Below, one piece after another: positions 8,744 to 17,605 of a stretch of 34,514 bases of DNA. The notes under the pieces were generated by a model. The model saw only the letters and a list, made by a program, of their open reading frames with translations, searched no databases and was not told the DNA's origin. This stretch comes from Candidatus Aenigmatarchaeota archaeon (GTDB lineage Archaea > Aenigmatarchaeota > Aenigmatarchaeia > GW2011-AR5 > JACRAC01). The position numbers and the translations under genes are program-made. Position 1 is the stretch's first letter; the number at the start of each line of letters is the position of its first letter. The DNA lies in assembly GCA_039091255.1 (NCBI GenBank), contig JAWCMQ010000001.1, positions 182,500-217,013 on the forward strand, written 5' to 3'.

Positions 8744-9145
8744 CTACACAACAACGCTTGCGATCTTTCCTATCATCGAAAAGCGCCCAACAACTTCTTT
8801 GGCTATCGCCGTGCGTATTTCGGAGCCTGTTGGCTCATGCGTCTTCGGATTTATCAGCACCGCAGCATTATCTGTGAATGCAACGCGCGTGCCATCAGGC
8901 CGACGGAACTCCTTTTTTTGGCGAACAATGACTGCATGCACAACTGTTTTTCGGATTTTTTCATCGCCCTTGATGACGGAGCACACGACTATATCGCCTA
9001 TTCCAGCCTTCGGCAGCTTGCGGTGCTTTCCTTTGAACTTAAGGACAGCGATGACCTTCAACTCCTTTGCGCCACTGTTGTCTGCGCATGCAAGCACAGT
9101 TCCAAGCTGTATGCACTTTGTCGTCTTTGCAGTCAATCCAAGCAT
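8744..9145 (-). CDS. rpl14: 50S ribosomal protein uL14
   Basis: CADNSGAK, AVIVRQKKEFRRPDG, FTDNAAVL. Confidence 0.97.
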   Translation of the reverse strand: MLGLTAKTTKCIQLGTVLACADNSGAKELKVIAVLKFKGKHRKLPKAGIGDIVVCSVIKGDEKIRKTVVHAVIVRQKKEFRRPDGTRVAFTDNAAVLINPKTHEPTGSEIRTAIAKEVVGRFSMIGKIASVVV

Positions 9146-9178
9146 GTTCGATCACACACGTCTTCAGCTCTCAGCCTC

Positions 9179-9511
9179 TTACGCGACTTTCTCGATAACT
9201 ACAAACGCTTTCATCTTAGACAGCGGCCTGCACTCGGCTATGCGGACAATGTCGCCCTCTCTAGCCGCGATGCATGGAGGATTGTGCGCAGCTACGCGTG
9301 TGCGGCGCCTTGCATATCGCTCGTATTTTGGGACATAGTGGAGGTAGTCCCATTGCACGATAACAGTAGCAGGCGTCTTGTCGGAAACTACGCGCCCCTC
9401 AAACACTCGACCGCGCACGCGCAGACTGCCGTGCCATGGGCATGTGATGCTCGTGCAACTAGCCTTTGGCTTTCGGGCGTCAAGCCCAATGTCCATTTTT
9501 TTTCTTGCCAT
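9179..9511 (-). CDS. rps17: 30S ribosomal protein uS17
   Basis: CPWHGSLRVRGR, PKYERY, HNPPC, ECRPLSK. Confidence 0.97.
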   Translation of the reverse strand: MARKKMDIGLDARKPKASCTSITCPWHGSLRVRGRVFEGRVVSDKTPATVIVQWDYLHYVPKYERYARRRTRVAAHNPPCIAAREGDIVRIAECRPLSKMKAFVVIEKVA

Positions 9512-9544
9512 CTAGCACCTCACCGATTTTTCCTTTCGCAAACA

Positions 9545-9814
9545 TCACCACTTTTTTGCCATCTTTTTGATGCGGTCTTCCGGTCGCGCTAGTATAGTGC
9601 GGCCTTCGATGTCAACGGCCTTGCCATCGAGCCATACACGAAAGGTCGATCCCTCCTTCTCTACTCGTTTCGCACCGATTACGAGCGTCTTCATCGTCTC
9701 ATCGCGTATCACGCCTGAAATTCCAACCTGCGCAGCATTCCGCGCTGCGACGACACGACAACGCAGCCCTATGAGCTCGTGCTGTACGATGTTCTTCGGG
9801 GTGCGCATGTTCAT
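9545..9814 (-). CDS. rnp1: RNase P protein component 1 (Rpp29/POP4)
   Basis: HELIGL, GISGVIRDETMKTL, RPEDRIKK; conserved position. Confidence 0.95.
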   Translation of the reverse strand: MNMRTPKNIVQHELIGLRCRVVAARNAAQVGISGVIRDETMKTLVIGAKRVEKEGSTFRVWLDGKAVDIEGRTILARPEDRIKKMAKKW

Positions 9815-9836
9815 CTGCGCCTCACAACTGTGCAGC

Positions 9837-10139
9837 TCATCGCACTTCGATCATGTCAGGCGGAAAACCTTCCTTCATGAGGAGCTCCTTGACGCGTTCG
9901 CGATGATCGCCTTGAAGCTCAATCGTGTCATTCTTCCACGTTCCACCACACGCAAGGCGCGACTTAAGCTTCTTCAGAAGCTCCTTGATGTCGATTTTCG
10001 TCGCATCAATGCCGCGCACAACCGTCATATACTTGTTGAAGCGTGTCGGGATGACGGAAATCGTTATCTTCTGGGCTTCCTTCGCCATTACCTCGCACGC
10101 GCAAAGCTCCTCAGGCAGGCCGCATTTCGGACAAACCAT
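9837..10139 (-). CDS. Translation initiation factor aIF1 (SUI1/YciH)
   Basis: [32 protein letters not shown]. Confidence 0.96.
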   Translation of the reverse strand: MVCPKCGLPEELCACEVMAKEAQKITISVIPTRFNKYMTVVRGIDATKIDIKELLKKLKSRLACGGTWKNDTIELQGDHRERVKELLMKEGFPPDMIEVR

Positions 10140-10148
10140 TTTTTTACA

Positions 10149-10367
10149 TCACACCTCCTTCTTCGATTCCGTTGGTTTCGGTTGCTGCGAAATCCTCAAT
10201 AGCGTATGAATCCTGGCAATAGTCTTCCGAAGCGCACGTATGCGGCCCGAACTCTTCACGGTCCCGATTTCGCTGGCAGCACGCTCCTTTGCGAGTTCGA
10301 GACGCGCATCCCGCAATTGGGCCGCAAGCTGATCCGCGCTAAGCTTTCGCATATCCTTAAGCTTCAT
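10149..10367 (-). CDS. rpl29: 50S ribosomal protein uL29
   Basis: MKLKDMRKLS, GRIRALRKTIARIHT. Start reset to 10367. Confidence 0.95.
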   Translation of the reverse strand: MKLKDMRKLSADQLAAQLRDARLELAKERAASEIGTVKSSGRIRALRKTIARIHTLLRISQQPKPTESKKEV

Positions 10368-11058
10368 TTCCTTTCGCCTCGTTCTCTCCAGATGGCTGCT
10401 TTTCCGCAACTTCAGCAGTCTCGAGCTGAGCAGCAGCTACCGCGGTCTCTTCGGGCGGCTTTTCAGCGGGCTTCGGCTTTTCGACAGTAATCTTCTTGTC
10501 GCTGTGGGCAACCATTATCGACGTCGTCACACCTATGTTTCCAAGTTTTGGCAGCGCGGTCGCGGTGCCTGTTATAACATCCCGCTTTGCCGGTTCGCCG
10601 CACTTCTTGATGTAACCGGCTGTGAACCGCATCGAACGTGCCTTTTCCCCGCCCAACTTTCCCTTGATTACGATTTCGCAGCCTACCGCGCCAGCGCGCA
10701 TCACGCGTTCGAGGTAATAGCTGCCGATTTTCTTCGGGTTCATGCCTTTCTCCAGCGCAGCAGCAATCGACTGCGAAACGATGCGTGGATCCATGTCCGG
10801 ATTCGATATCTTCTGGACATCAATCTGCGGGTTCTCAAGCCCAAACATAGCCCTCAGCTTCTCGGAAACTTCGCGTATCTTGTCCCCCCCGTGCCCTATA
10901 ACCAAACCGGGCGACGTTGTGTGCACCGTGATGCGCACACCCAGTGGGGTATATGCAACATCAATAAGGCCGCATTTTATGCCTGCAAACTCTTTCTGCA
11001 AGAATTCCTGCAATTGGATAAGTTCTTTGGCTTTTTTGATGAACAGGCGCTCTTTCAT
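10357..11058 (-). CDS. rps3: 30S ribosomal protein uS3
   Basis: TPLG, PGLVIGHGG KH motif, GAVGCEIVIKGKL, GYIKKCG. Confidence 0.97.
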   Translation of the reverse strand: MKERLFIKKAKELIQLQEFLQKEFAGIKCGLIDVAYTPLGVRITVHTTSPGLVIGHGGDKIREVSEKLRAMFGLENPQIDVQKISNPDMDPRIVSQSIAAALEKGMNPKKIGSYYLERVMRAGAVGCEIVIKGKLGGEKARSMRFTAGYIKKCGEPAKRDVITGTATALPKLGNIGVTTSIMVAHSDKKITVEKPKPAEKPPEETAVAAAQLETAEVAEKQPSGENEAKGNEA

Positions 11059-11516
11059 TGCTTAGATTCACCCTTGGCTTTTTGCATCTCAGCAGGCAAA
11101 GTTTTGGATTCATCGGCCGCTATTTCCGACTTTGCCTTGCCTCGCTCGATCAGCATGACCTCCAAATTCGTAGATTTCATTCGCGAACCAAATGCCAACT
11201 TGCGCCGCGCACGGCGCATATGAGTGCCATGCGTGGCAGCCGCGTGCACAAACAAGCGTTTTTCATCCAGGCCAAGCGACCTTGCGTTCGCTTCGCAGCT
11301 TGTGAGCAGCCTAAGCATGCTGACTGCCGCCTTTGTGTAATACTTGCCCTTCAGGCTGCGCTGTCCGGCAACGAGGTCCTGCAGCAGCCGCTTCGCAACC
11401 GTCAGCTTCTTTCCGCGCACGACCGCGCTTAATTTGACTGCATCTTTCGCCGAAATCCGCAAGTTTTGCCCGAAAGCCTTAGCATGCGGCTGTTCGGGTT
11501 CAAATGTATAGGGCAT
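11055..11516 (-). CDS. rpl22: 50S ribosomal protein uL22
   Basis: NLRISAKDAV, YYTKAA, EANARSLGLD; position between rps19 and rps3. Confidence 0.95.
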   Translation of the reverse strand: MPYTFEPEQPHAKAFGQNLRISAKDAVKLSAVVRGKKLTVAKRLLQDLVAGQRSLKGKYYTKAAVSMLRLLTSCEANARSLGLDEKRLFVHAAATHGTHMRRARRKLAFGSRMKSTNLEVMLIERGKAKSEIAADESKTLPAEMQKAKGESKQ

Positions 11517-11598
11517 GTTTTAGCTAACCTCTATGACCCAACAAGCCGCTGCATCGCAGCGGCAAATGCTCATCCAAGCAAGTTATCTGTCATCCTCC

Positions 11599-11988
11599 TT
11601 ATTTCAGCGGCACGAACTTGCTGCCGCGAGTAGCGCCAAATCCTGGCGCGCCGTGCTGAACGCGCTTGCGCGTTTGCGAAAATTCACCTAAATAATGTCC
11701 TATCATTTCAGGCGTTATTGTGACAGGGACATATTCCTTTCCGTTATATACAGATATTGTTGCGCCGAACATCTCAGGAAGTACTATCATGTTCCTCAAG
11801 CGTGTGCGTATCGGCTTGGAAGTGCCTTTGCGCGCTCGCACCTTCTTCAGCAATTTCTGCTGCGTTTCAGTGAGGCCGCGCTTTAGTGTGCGACGCTGCC
11901 GCGCTGGCAGAAGCTCTGCGACCTGCTCGATTGTTAGCTTCTGTAGCTCTTCCGCGCTCTTTCCGCGATATAAAAAGACCCTCGGCAT
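11599..11988 (-). CDS. rps19: 30S ribosomal protein uS19
   Basis: [36 protein letters not shown]. Confidence 0.98.
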   Translation of the reverse strand: MPRVFLYRGKSAEELQKLTIEQVAELLPARQRRTLKRGLTETQQKLLKKVRARKGTSKPIRTRLRNMIVLPEMFGATISVYNGKEYVPVTITPEMIGHYLGEFSQTRKRVQHGAPGFGATRGSKFVPLK

Positions 11989-12014
11989 TTCGCTGCACCT
12001 TCTTCATCAATCCT

Positions 12015-12713
12015 CTAAGCTTTCTTCTTGCCCGTTCTTCTGGGCGATATAGAGCCAACCTTCGCACCAGGTGGCTTGAATCGCGACACAGTCACGGACA
12101 TGCCCGGCTTAGTCTTTCCGCCAAATGGATGATCAACAGGGTTCATCGCTACGCCACGCACATGCGGCCACAGCCTGTTTGTAGCACGCATCGCGTAGTA
12201 TTTGTTGCCAGCCTTCATGAACGGTTTTTCACCGCGGCCTGCTCCTGCAGGCACGCCTATCGTGGCCCGGCAATCGGCAGACAGCGTAACATGCCGCTTA
12301 GACGGCAGCTCAACAACGCACGTATTCGTCCCGCGTGTCACGACAAGAGCTGCAGAGCCGGGTGACCTGCAAAGCTTGCCGCCATCGCCAGGCTGGAGCT
12401 CTATGTTGAATACCCTCATCCCTTCAGGGATCTTCCCGAGCTCGACGACATTGCCCGGCGAAACTGTCTCGCCGTAAGCAATGGTCTGTCCGACGAATGT
12501 TCCATCTGCAGGTATCATCAGCTCATGCCTCCCTGCAAAATCTACGACAGCAACTGGCGTCTTCTTGCCTGTCGAGTGCACAAGCTCGATGACCTTTCCT
12601 TGGGCTGCCTTGGCAAATGCGGGATACTTTATCGCACCGATGTAGCGATGGCTTGGAGCGATGTAGCGGGGTCTTGCCTGGCCGCGCCTCTGCTGACGAA
12701 GGTTCTTGCCCAT
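12015..12713 (-). CDS. rpl2: 50S ribosomal protein uL2
   Basis: MGKNLRQQRRG, PGDGGKLCRSPG, WPHVRGVAMNPVDHPFGG. Confidence 0.98.
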   Translation of the reverse strand: MGKNLRQQRRGQARPRYIAPSHRYIGAIKYPAFAKAAQGKVIELVHSTGKKTPVAVVDFAGRHELMIPADGTFVGQTIAYGETVSPGNVVELGKIPEGMRVFNIELQPGDGGKLCRSPGSAALVVTRGTNTCVVELPSKRHVTLSADCRATIGVPAGAGRGEKPFMKAGNKYYAMRATNRLWPHVRGVAMNPVDHPFGGKTKPGMSVTVSRFKPPGAKVGSISPRRTGKKKA

Positions 12714-12724
12714 GCTTCACCACA

Positions 12725-13123
12725 TCATATTATTCCAAGCTTTATTGCAATCTCGCTTGCAGCGCCTGGCTGAGCGAGCTTAATCATCGCCTTCTTCCTG
12801 CCCTCTTGGTCCAAGACTGTGCGTACAGACTTCACTTTCGATGCGAAAGCCTTTTCAAATGCCGCCTTGATGGTCTTCTTATCGGCATCGCGTTTCGCAA
12901 TGAACACCAGCATATTCTCGCCTTCGATGGCTCGAACGGCCTTCTCGGTCATTAGCACGAACCGCAAGACCTCCCACGGATCGGAAAAGGCGGCCGGCGG
13001 CTTGGCAGCAATCGGACGGAAAACGTGCGGCTTTTCTTTCTTGTGCTGCTTTATGCCCCACTTTCTGCCTTTTCCGCGCAGGCGAAAATCGCCGCGAGAC
13101 TTTATCTTCAAATTCGAACCCAT
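12725..13123 (-). CDS. rpl23: 50S ribosomal protein uL23 with basic N-terminal extension
   Basis: TEKAVRAIEGENMLVFI, KKAMIKL, ASEIAIKLGII; TAATG overlap with the rpl4 stop. Confidence 0.96.
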   Translation of the reverse strand: MGSNLKIKSRGDFRLRGKGRKWGIKQHKKEKPHVFRPIAAKPPAAFSDPWEVLRFVLMTEKAVRAIEGENMLVFIAKRDADKKTIKAAFEKAFASKVKSVRTVLDQEGRKKAMIKLAQPGAASEIAIKLGII

Positions 13124-13950
13124 TATTGCTCAACCACCCTTTGCTTCTTTTCGTGGTATCCAAAAACATCGTCCACGAGCGCAAGAGCGCCTTTTGTTAT
13201 CAAAAGCAGCCTGCCGGCCTGTGCGCCGGGCGCAAGCAATTCAGCATTCAGTTTGCTCAGCTCGACAGCATCCGCGCCTGCAATGTTCCTACAGGCCTTC
13301 AGCGCTTTGCATTCGGATTTTGTGACAATCAGAATTCCCCTCTTGCGCTTGTAGCGGCGTCCACGCATCTTGCCCTTGCCTGCGCGCACCTTGCGCTCTT
13401 TGCAGCGCTCAATTTCATGCGCAAGCCCGAGGTTTTCGACAAGTGCTGCAACATCTTTTGTTTTGGCTAGGTTTTCGAACTCATCAACCACAACAAAGAG
13501 CTCTTTCGCAGCATGCCCTCGGCTAGAAAGAAGCTCAGCATTAGCGCATGCAGCCAAAGCAGAGCGTATCGCTAGCGCATGCTCCTTATTGTTCACCTTC
13601 TGCTCCCATACCTTGCTTGCCATCGGTGGGTGTGCCCTGCGGCCTTTGACGGCATGTGGCGCAAATCGTGCGCGCCACGCCATCCAGCCTGCGCTGCGGC
13701 CGTGTATGCGCGGCATGCGCGACATCTCGCGGTTCATCATGCTAAAGCGCTCATGCCTGCGCCCATGATAGTGCGCTGACGTTCGCTTTCCTGCTAGCAC
13801 GTCTGAGCCGTATGGCTGCCTTCGCTTGCTCTGCACCGCAAACACCGCCCTGGCTATGACTTCAGGCCGATGCGGCGTGCTGAACGTCCGCGGCAGCTCA
13901 GCCTGCCCAACAACTTTTCCATCAAGACCATATACGTTTACCTTAGCCAT
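13123..13950 (-). CDS. rpl4: 50S ribosomal protein uL4
   Basis: RRQPYG..AGKRTSA, GRRAHPP, RAGKGKMRGRRY, LAPGAQAGRL. Confidence 0.97.
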   Translation of the reverse strand: MAKVNVYGLDGKVVGQAELPRTFSTPHRPEVIARAVFAVQSKRRQPYGSDVLAGKRTSAHYHGRRHERFSMMNREMSRMPRIHGRSAGWMAWRARFAPHAVKGRRAHPPMASKVWEQKVNNKEHALAIRSALAACANAELLSSRGHAAKELFVVVDEFENLAKTKDVAALVENLGLAHEIERCKERKVRAGKGKMRGRRYKRKRGILIVTKSECKALKACRNIAGADAVELSKLNAELLAPGAQAGRLLLITKGALALVDDVFGYHEKKQRVVEQ

Positions 13951-13962
13951 GCACGCATCACA

Positions 13963-14952
13963 CTATACGCCCTGTTTTGATGCAAGCGAAATGTACTTTA
14001 TGTCAATGGGCGTTTCCTTGCGCTGAGGCCTAACGGCTTTGCGCAGCACGACGAGCCTCTTCACAGGGCCAGGGACAGAACCGTCCAACAATAGCCACGT
14101 TTTCGGGATAACGCCGTATCCTATGAAGCCACCCATAGGATTGATTTTGCTTGCATCCTCACCGATAGCGAGCAGCCGTTTGTTGAATTCTGTGCGCGTA
14201 AAAAAGCCGCACTGACCTGCCAACGGAACGCGCCAGTCTAGCTTACGAGGAACGGTGGAACCGACCGAACCTGCATGCCTGTGCATCTGCTTGTCTTTCC
14301 TGCCTTGTATACGTATGCCAAAACGCTTGACAGGACCTGTATAGCCGTGGCCTTTTGTTACGGCTGTAGCATCAAGCCATTCGCCCGCTTTGAGCGCATC
14401 TACAGCAGCAAGCTCTTTCCCCAACGCCGATTTTGCATACTCGAGCTTCTTAGCGACATCTGTGCCGCAGATTCCGATTTCAAGCACGTCCGGCTTCTTT
14501 TTGTTCATGCCCGACTTTTTTGGCTGTGTCGCGACTATCAACCGAACGTCCGCAATATCTTCTGGCTTAGGTTCGGACTTCTTTTTTGCGGCTACAGTCT
14601 TGCGGTTAAGCTCAAGGTCCTTTGGAATGGCATCAAACCATACTTCGCCGGCAGGCGCAAGCCCACTAAGAGCTTGCTTATAGAAGCGATATCCGAGAAC
14701 GAACAAGGGAGGAGAATCAAGAACGGTTACAGGACGAAAAATGAGCTTGTTATGCGTTGGCGAGTTGGGCCGCGTATCAATCATATGAATGTGCGTCATG
14801 CCCGCCTTCCATGCGGCAAACCCCATTGGCTTTACTTCTGCGCGAACTCGGCCGCCTGCATGCGACCAATTCACGCAGGGATAGATTCGGCTAGCCCGCT
14901 TTCGCGGCCAGAACTGCAGCGATCCACGCCTCGAGCTTCGGTATCGTGCCAT
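13963..14952 (-). CDS. rpl3: 50S ribosomal protein uL3
   Basis: RRGSLQFWPRKRA, KAGMTH, TKGHGYTGPVKRFG, GSVPGPVKR. Start reset to 14952. Confidence 0.97.
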   Translation of the reverse strand: MARYRSSRRGSLQFWPRKRASRIYPCVNWSHAGGRVRAEVKPMGFAAWKAGMTHIHMIDTRPNSPTHNKLIFRPVTVLDSPPLFVLGYRFYKQALSGLAPAGEVWFDAIPKDLELNRKTVAAKKKSEPKPEDIADVRLIVATQPKKSGMNKKKPDVLEIGICGTDVAKKLEYAKSALGKELAAVDALKAGEWLDATAVTKGHGYTGPVKRFGIRIQGRKDKQMHRHAGSVGSTVPRKLDWRVPLAGQCGFFTRTEFNKRLLAIGEDASKINPMGGFIGYGVIPKTWLLLDGSVPGPVKRLVVLRKAVRPQRKETPIDIKYISLASKQGV

Positions 14953-15220
14953 CTTGACTTCGCCTGCAACTGTGCCGTATCGGCAAAGAGCAAAGACCAG
15001 CGCTCCTCTTGCTCTCCACGTCCTCAGCACGCTCATTCATTTCGCTTTACATATGATGCGTACATTTTACACGCTAGCTTCACTTATCAGAACACGTAGC
15101 CTATGCGCACAAGCGGCAAGCTCGCGCGGGTCTGAGAGTGTGCCTATATCCTATCGTGAAGTATTTAAGCATTGGGTCGGAGGCGTGCAGCCCCGTTGGT
15201 GCATTCAGGTGAGACGCTAA

Positions 15221-15228
15221 TTTTATAA
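15221..15228 (+). promoter_or_regulatory. TATA box upstream of the structured non-coding element
   Basis: TTTTATAA about 25 nt before the first hairpin at 15253; no credible plus-strand ORF follows. Orientation is not certain. Confidence 0.55.
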
Positions 15229-15252
15229 GCACGGATTGTTGAAGATAGTTAG

Positions 15253-15430
15253 CAGCAATTAAACGCACGACTGCGCTTGCTGTACATCTGCACGTTCGAA
15301 TCCGGGCATCTCAAGAGTTTCCTGCTTCGGCAGGACTGAAACCGCCTTCGGGTGGTTTCCTTTGCTTGAGCCTAGAGGATGAGATGAGCCGTGCAGATAT
15401 AAGCTTAGCGACCAGCGCGAAACTGGGCGA
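15253..15430 (+). ncRNA. Putative unknown structured RNA containing a strict BHB-flanked 66-nt insert (15310-15375)
   Basis: Outer stem ATCTGCACG/CGTGCAGAT; BHB ATCC-GGGC-[ATC]-TCAAG / CTTGA-GCCT-[AGA]-GGAT; two cUUCGg hairpins inside; upstream TATA box. Confidence 0.7.
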
Positions 15431-15444
15431 ATGCGGCAACGGTT

Positions 15445-17037
15445 CTATTCAGAAACCTTCACGCGCAATTTCTTTCCAATTCTATAGTTTGCTTTCTCAC
15501 CAACCCTTGTTCCGAAAAGACAAGCGCGCGCATGCTCAGCAATCTTGTCGCCTTCCTTATCCGACTCAATTGCGACATGATCAATCGCGTTCTCGATCGC
15601 TTTCACGGTGCTAGCGACACTTTTCTCTACGCTTGTGATAGCTCCCCTTAAGCTGTTTTTTGCGGCAAATGCATCATGCTTGATGAGCCCTGCAGCATTG
15701 TGAGCCTTCAACAATGTGCCCAAAAGTCCGCTCCGCACCATTTCGCTGAATACATGGCTCGGCGCCACGCGCTCGCGCTTTTCAATCGCTTCCATTAGGA
15801 GCAGACCCAGCATGGCTGCGCCTATCATCCTCAAAATCCCCGAGACCAAGAAGACCGCCCTTATCTCGGTTATGCCAGCTATTCCGAAGAGAGGCGACAC
15901 AACAAACGCGCTTGCAATCAATCCGCCTATAACCGGTCCTGTTATACCTGCAACACCGAACACAACGTTTGTCAATGCCGAATAAACCGGCCGTTCTGCT
16001 ACAGGCGAAATCTCAAGCATGTAATTGAAATACGAGAGGTTGTAGCCAGCCCATACAGCACCGCTGAAAGCTTCTGCCACAACGAGAAGGTAAAGATATT
16101 CTGGAGGCACAGGTATCCATAGCAGCGGAACGAGCACTATCCAAAATGCCGAGATTATCAGAATAACGCGGTGGCCATAGCGGTCTGAAAAGCGGCCCCA
16201 TGCGCGTTGGACAGAGATGCCTGCAACGCCACTCGCGACTGCAAGTATCGCTATCCATATGTATTCCGCTCGGAGCGCATTCAGCAGATGGACTGTAAAA
16301 AATGGTGAAGCCACCATTACAGCGAATTCAAAAAAACCCAACGCAAGGAGGAAGCGCCTAAGCCTCCCGTCGCGTAATGCATTGCGCATTGCAGAAATCG
16401 TATGCGCCCTGTGTTCGAGCTGGAGTGGCGGCTCCGGCACCTGCCATAGCAAGGCGGAAGAGGTCAGTCCTGCCAGCATGCCGACTCCGAATATCACGAT
16501 AAAGCCAAACATGTTGCCTCTTCCAAAAAAGTCGAGCACCCATCCTGCAATAAGCTCTGCACCCAAGCCAGCAACGGTGGTGTAGGCAAGCCTTCGGCTA
16601 AAATAGCGCCCACGCACATAATCAGGCACTATGTCGCCTGTGATGGACGCCCATGCCGGCGAAGAAAATGCGCTGATGATGGAAGCAAGCGTTACGAAGA
16701 CCATCAGCCCTGCCAATGACCAGCCAGTGAAAGCGATAGGCAGCATAAGTATGCCGAGCCACATCAGCCTCGAGAGCGTCGTCGCCCCAACAAGTATCGA
16801 TTTCCTTTTCCGCATGTAGTGCTGCGTCAGGATAGCAGAAGGCACTAGCGCAATCGTCCAAAAAACGTTGGGTATAGAGTTAAGGAGGCCGACATAGAAA
16901 GCGTTTGCGCCAAGCGCCAGCGCGAAGGCGACGAGGAATACAGACGTCATGGCGTACATAATGCTTGCAAATATGCCTTCGCGCACAAGCAATTGCATGC
17001 CGAGGCGCCGCTTGCCCTCATGCCATATTTGCTCCAT
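15445..17037 (-). CDS. MFS transporter with soluble C-terminal tail
   Basis: About 12 hydrophobic segments; WASITGDIVPDYVRGRYFSRR and WGRFSDRYGHR MFS loop motifs. Start reset to 17037 to avoid overlap with the HIT gene. Confidence 0.9.
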   Translation of the reverse strand: MEQIWHEGKRRLGMQLLVREGIFASIMYAMTSVFLVAFALALGANAFYVGLLNSIPNVFWTIALVPSAILTQHYMRKRKSILVGATTLSRLMWLGILMLPIAFTGWSLAGLMVFVTLASIISAFSSPAWASITGDIVPDYVRGRYFSRRLAYTTVAGLGAELIAGWVLDFFGRGNMFGFIVIFGVGMLAGLTSSALLWQVPEPPLQLEHRAHTISAMRNALRDGRLRRFLLALGFFEFAVMVASPFFTVHLLNALRAEYIWIAILAVASGVAGISVQRAWGRFSDRYGHRVILIISAFWIVLVPLLWIPVPPEYLYLLVVAEAFSGAVWAGYNLSYFNYMLEISPVAERPVYSALTNVVFGVAGITGPVIGGLIASAFVVSPLFGIAGITEIRAVFLVSGILRMIGAAMLGLLLMEAIEKRERVAPSHVFSEMVRSGLLGTLLKAHNAAGLIKHDAFAAKNSLRGAITSVEKSVASTVKAIENAIDHVAIESDKEGDKIAEHARACLFGTRVGEKANYRIGKKLRVKVSE

Positions 17038-17060
17038 GATTAGAAGAAAGAGAAAGGTGA

Positions 17061-17070
17061 TTAATATATA
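17061..17070. promoter_or_regulatory. Shared bidirectional TATA element
   Basis: TTAATATATA lies about 24 nt from both divergent starts (17037 minus, 17095 plus). Confidence 0.6.
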
Positions 17071-17094
17071 TTTCTCTTCATCAATCGAATACGT

Positions 17095-17556
17095 ATGCCT
17101 CAAAATTGCCCATTCTGCAACCCGGATGTTATAAAGCGCCATGCATACGGCGAAACGAACCTATTCCGCTTTTTCTACAATCATAAGCCGATACTGCCGG
17201 GGCACTCTCTCATCGTTCCAAAGCGGCATGTGGAGACTTTCCTTGACCTGACAGATGCCGAACTGAGCGAGCTTGCGTTATCGGCAAAGCACCTTGCTGC
17301 TGCTCTCATGGCAGCGTACGGCTGCGACGGCATTGACATGCTGATACAAAATGGCCGGACAGCAGGCGCTTCCGTCGACCACATCCACTGGCACATCGTG
17401 CCGCGCAAAGCAGGCGACATCGATGGCGACCCAAGCATGTGGATAGCAAAAATAATAGAATCGGAACATGCGAGGCAGACGATTCCCCAAGCGGAGATTC
17501 AGAACAACATCAAGAAAATCCAGATGCACATCGGCAATTTTTCGGCAGGACTTTAA
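17095..17556 (+). CDS. HIT-family nucleotide hydrolase
   Basis: CPFC, PGHSLIVPKRH, QNGRTAGASVDHIHWHIVPR histidine triad. Confidence 0.95.
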   Translation: MPQNCPFCNPDVIKRHAYGETNLFRFFYNHKPILPGHSLIVPKRHVETFLDLTDAELSELALSAKHLAAALMAAYGCDGIDMLIQNGRTAGASVDHIHWHIVPRKAGDIDGDPSMWIAKIIESEHARQTIPQAEIQNNIKKIQMHIGNFSAGL

Positions 17557-17605
17557 TGCTCGCGTTTCGAAGTGCTTAAATAGGCGTCTGCGCGAACAGC
17601 AGAAA

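Noticed and set aside
940-15220. Many long plus-strand ORFs (e.g. 8678-9592, 10504-11223, 14275-15099)
   Set aside because: Antisense shadows of conserved ribosomal genes without recognisable motifs.
15294-15314. GTTCGAATCC T-loop-like motif suggesting a tRNA or permuted tRNA
   Set aside because: The flanks do not form a T-stem (GCACG vs CCGGG), and no D-arm or U33-type anticodon loop is found before or after splicing. A trans-spliced fragment cannot be fully excluded.
15366-15614. 82-aa plus-strand ORF overlapping the BHB element, or an mRNA-intron interpretation
   Set aside because: It overlaps the MFS 3' end antisense, and splicing creates no convincing reading frame.
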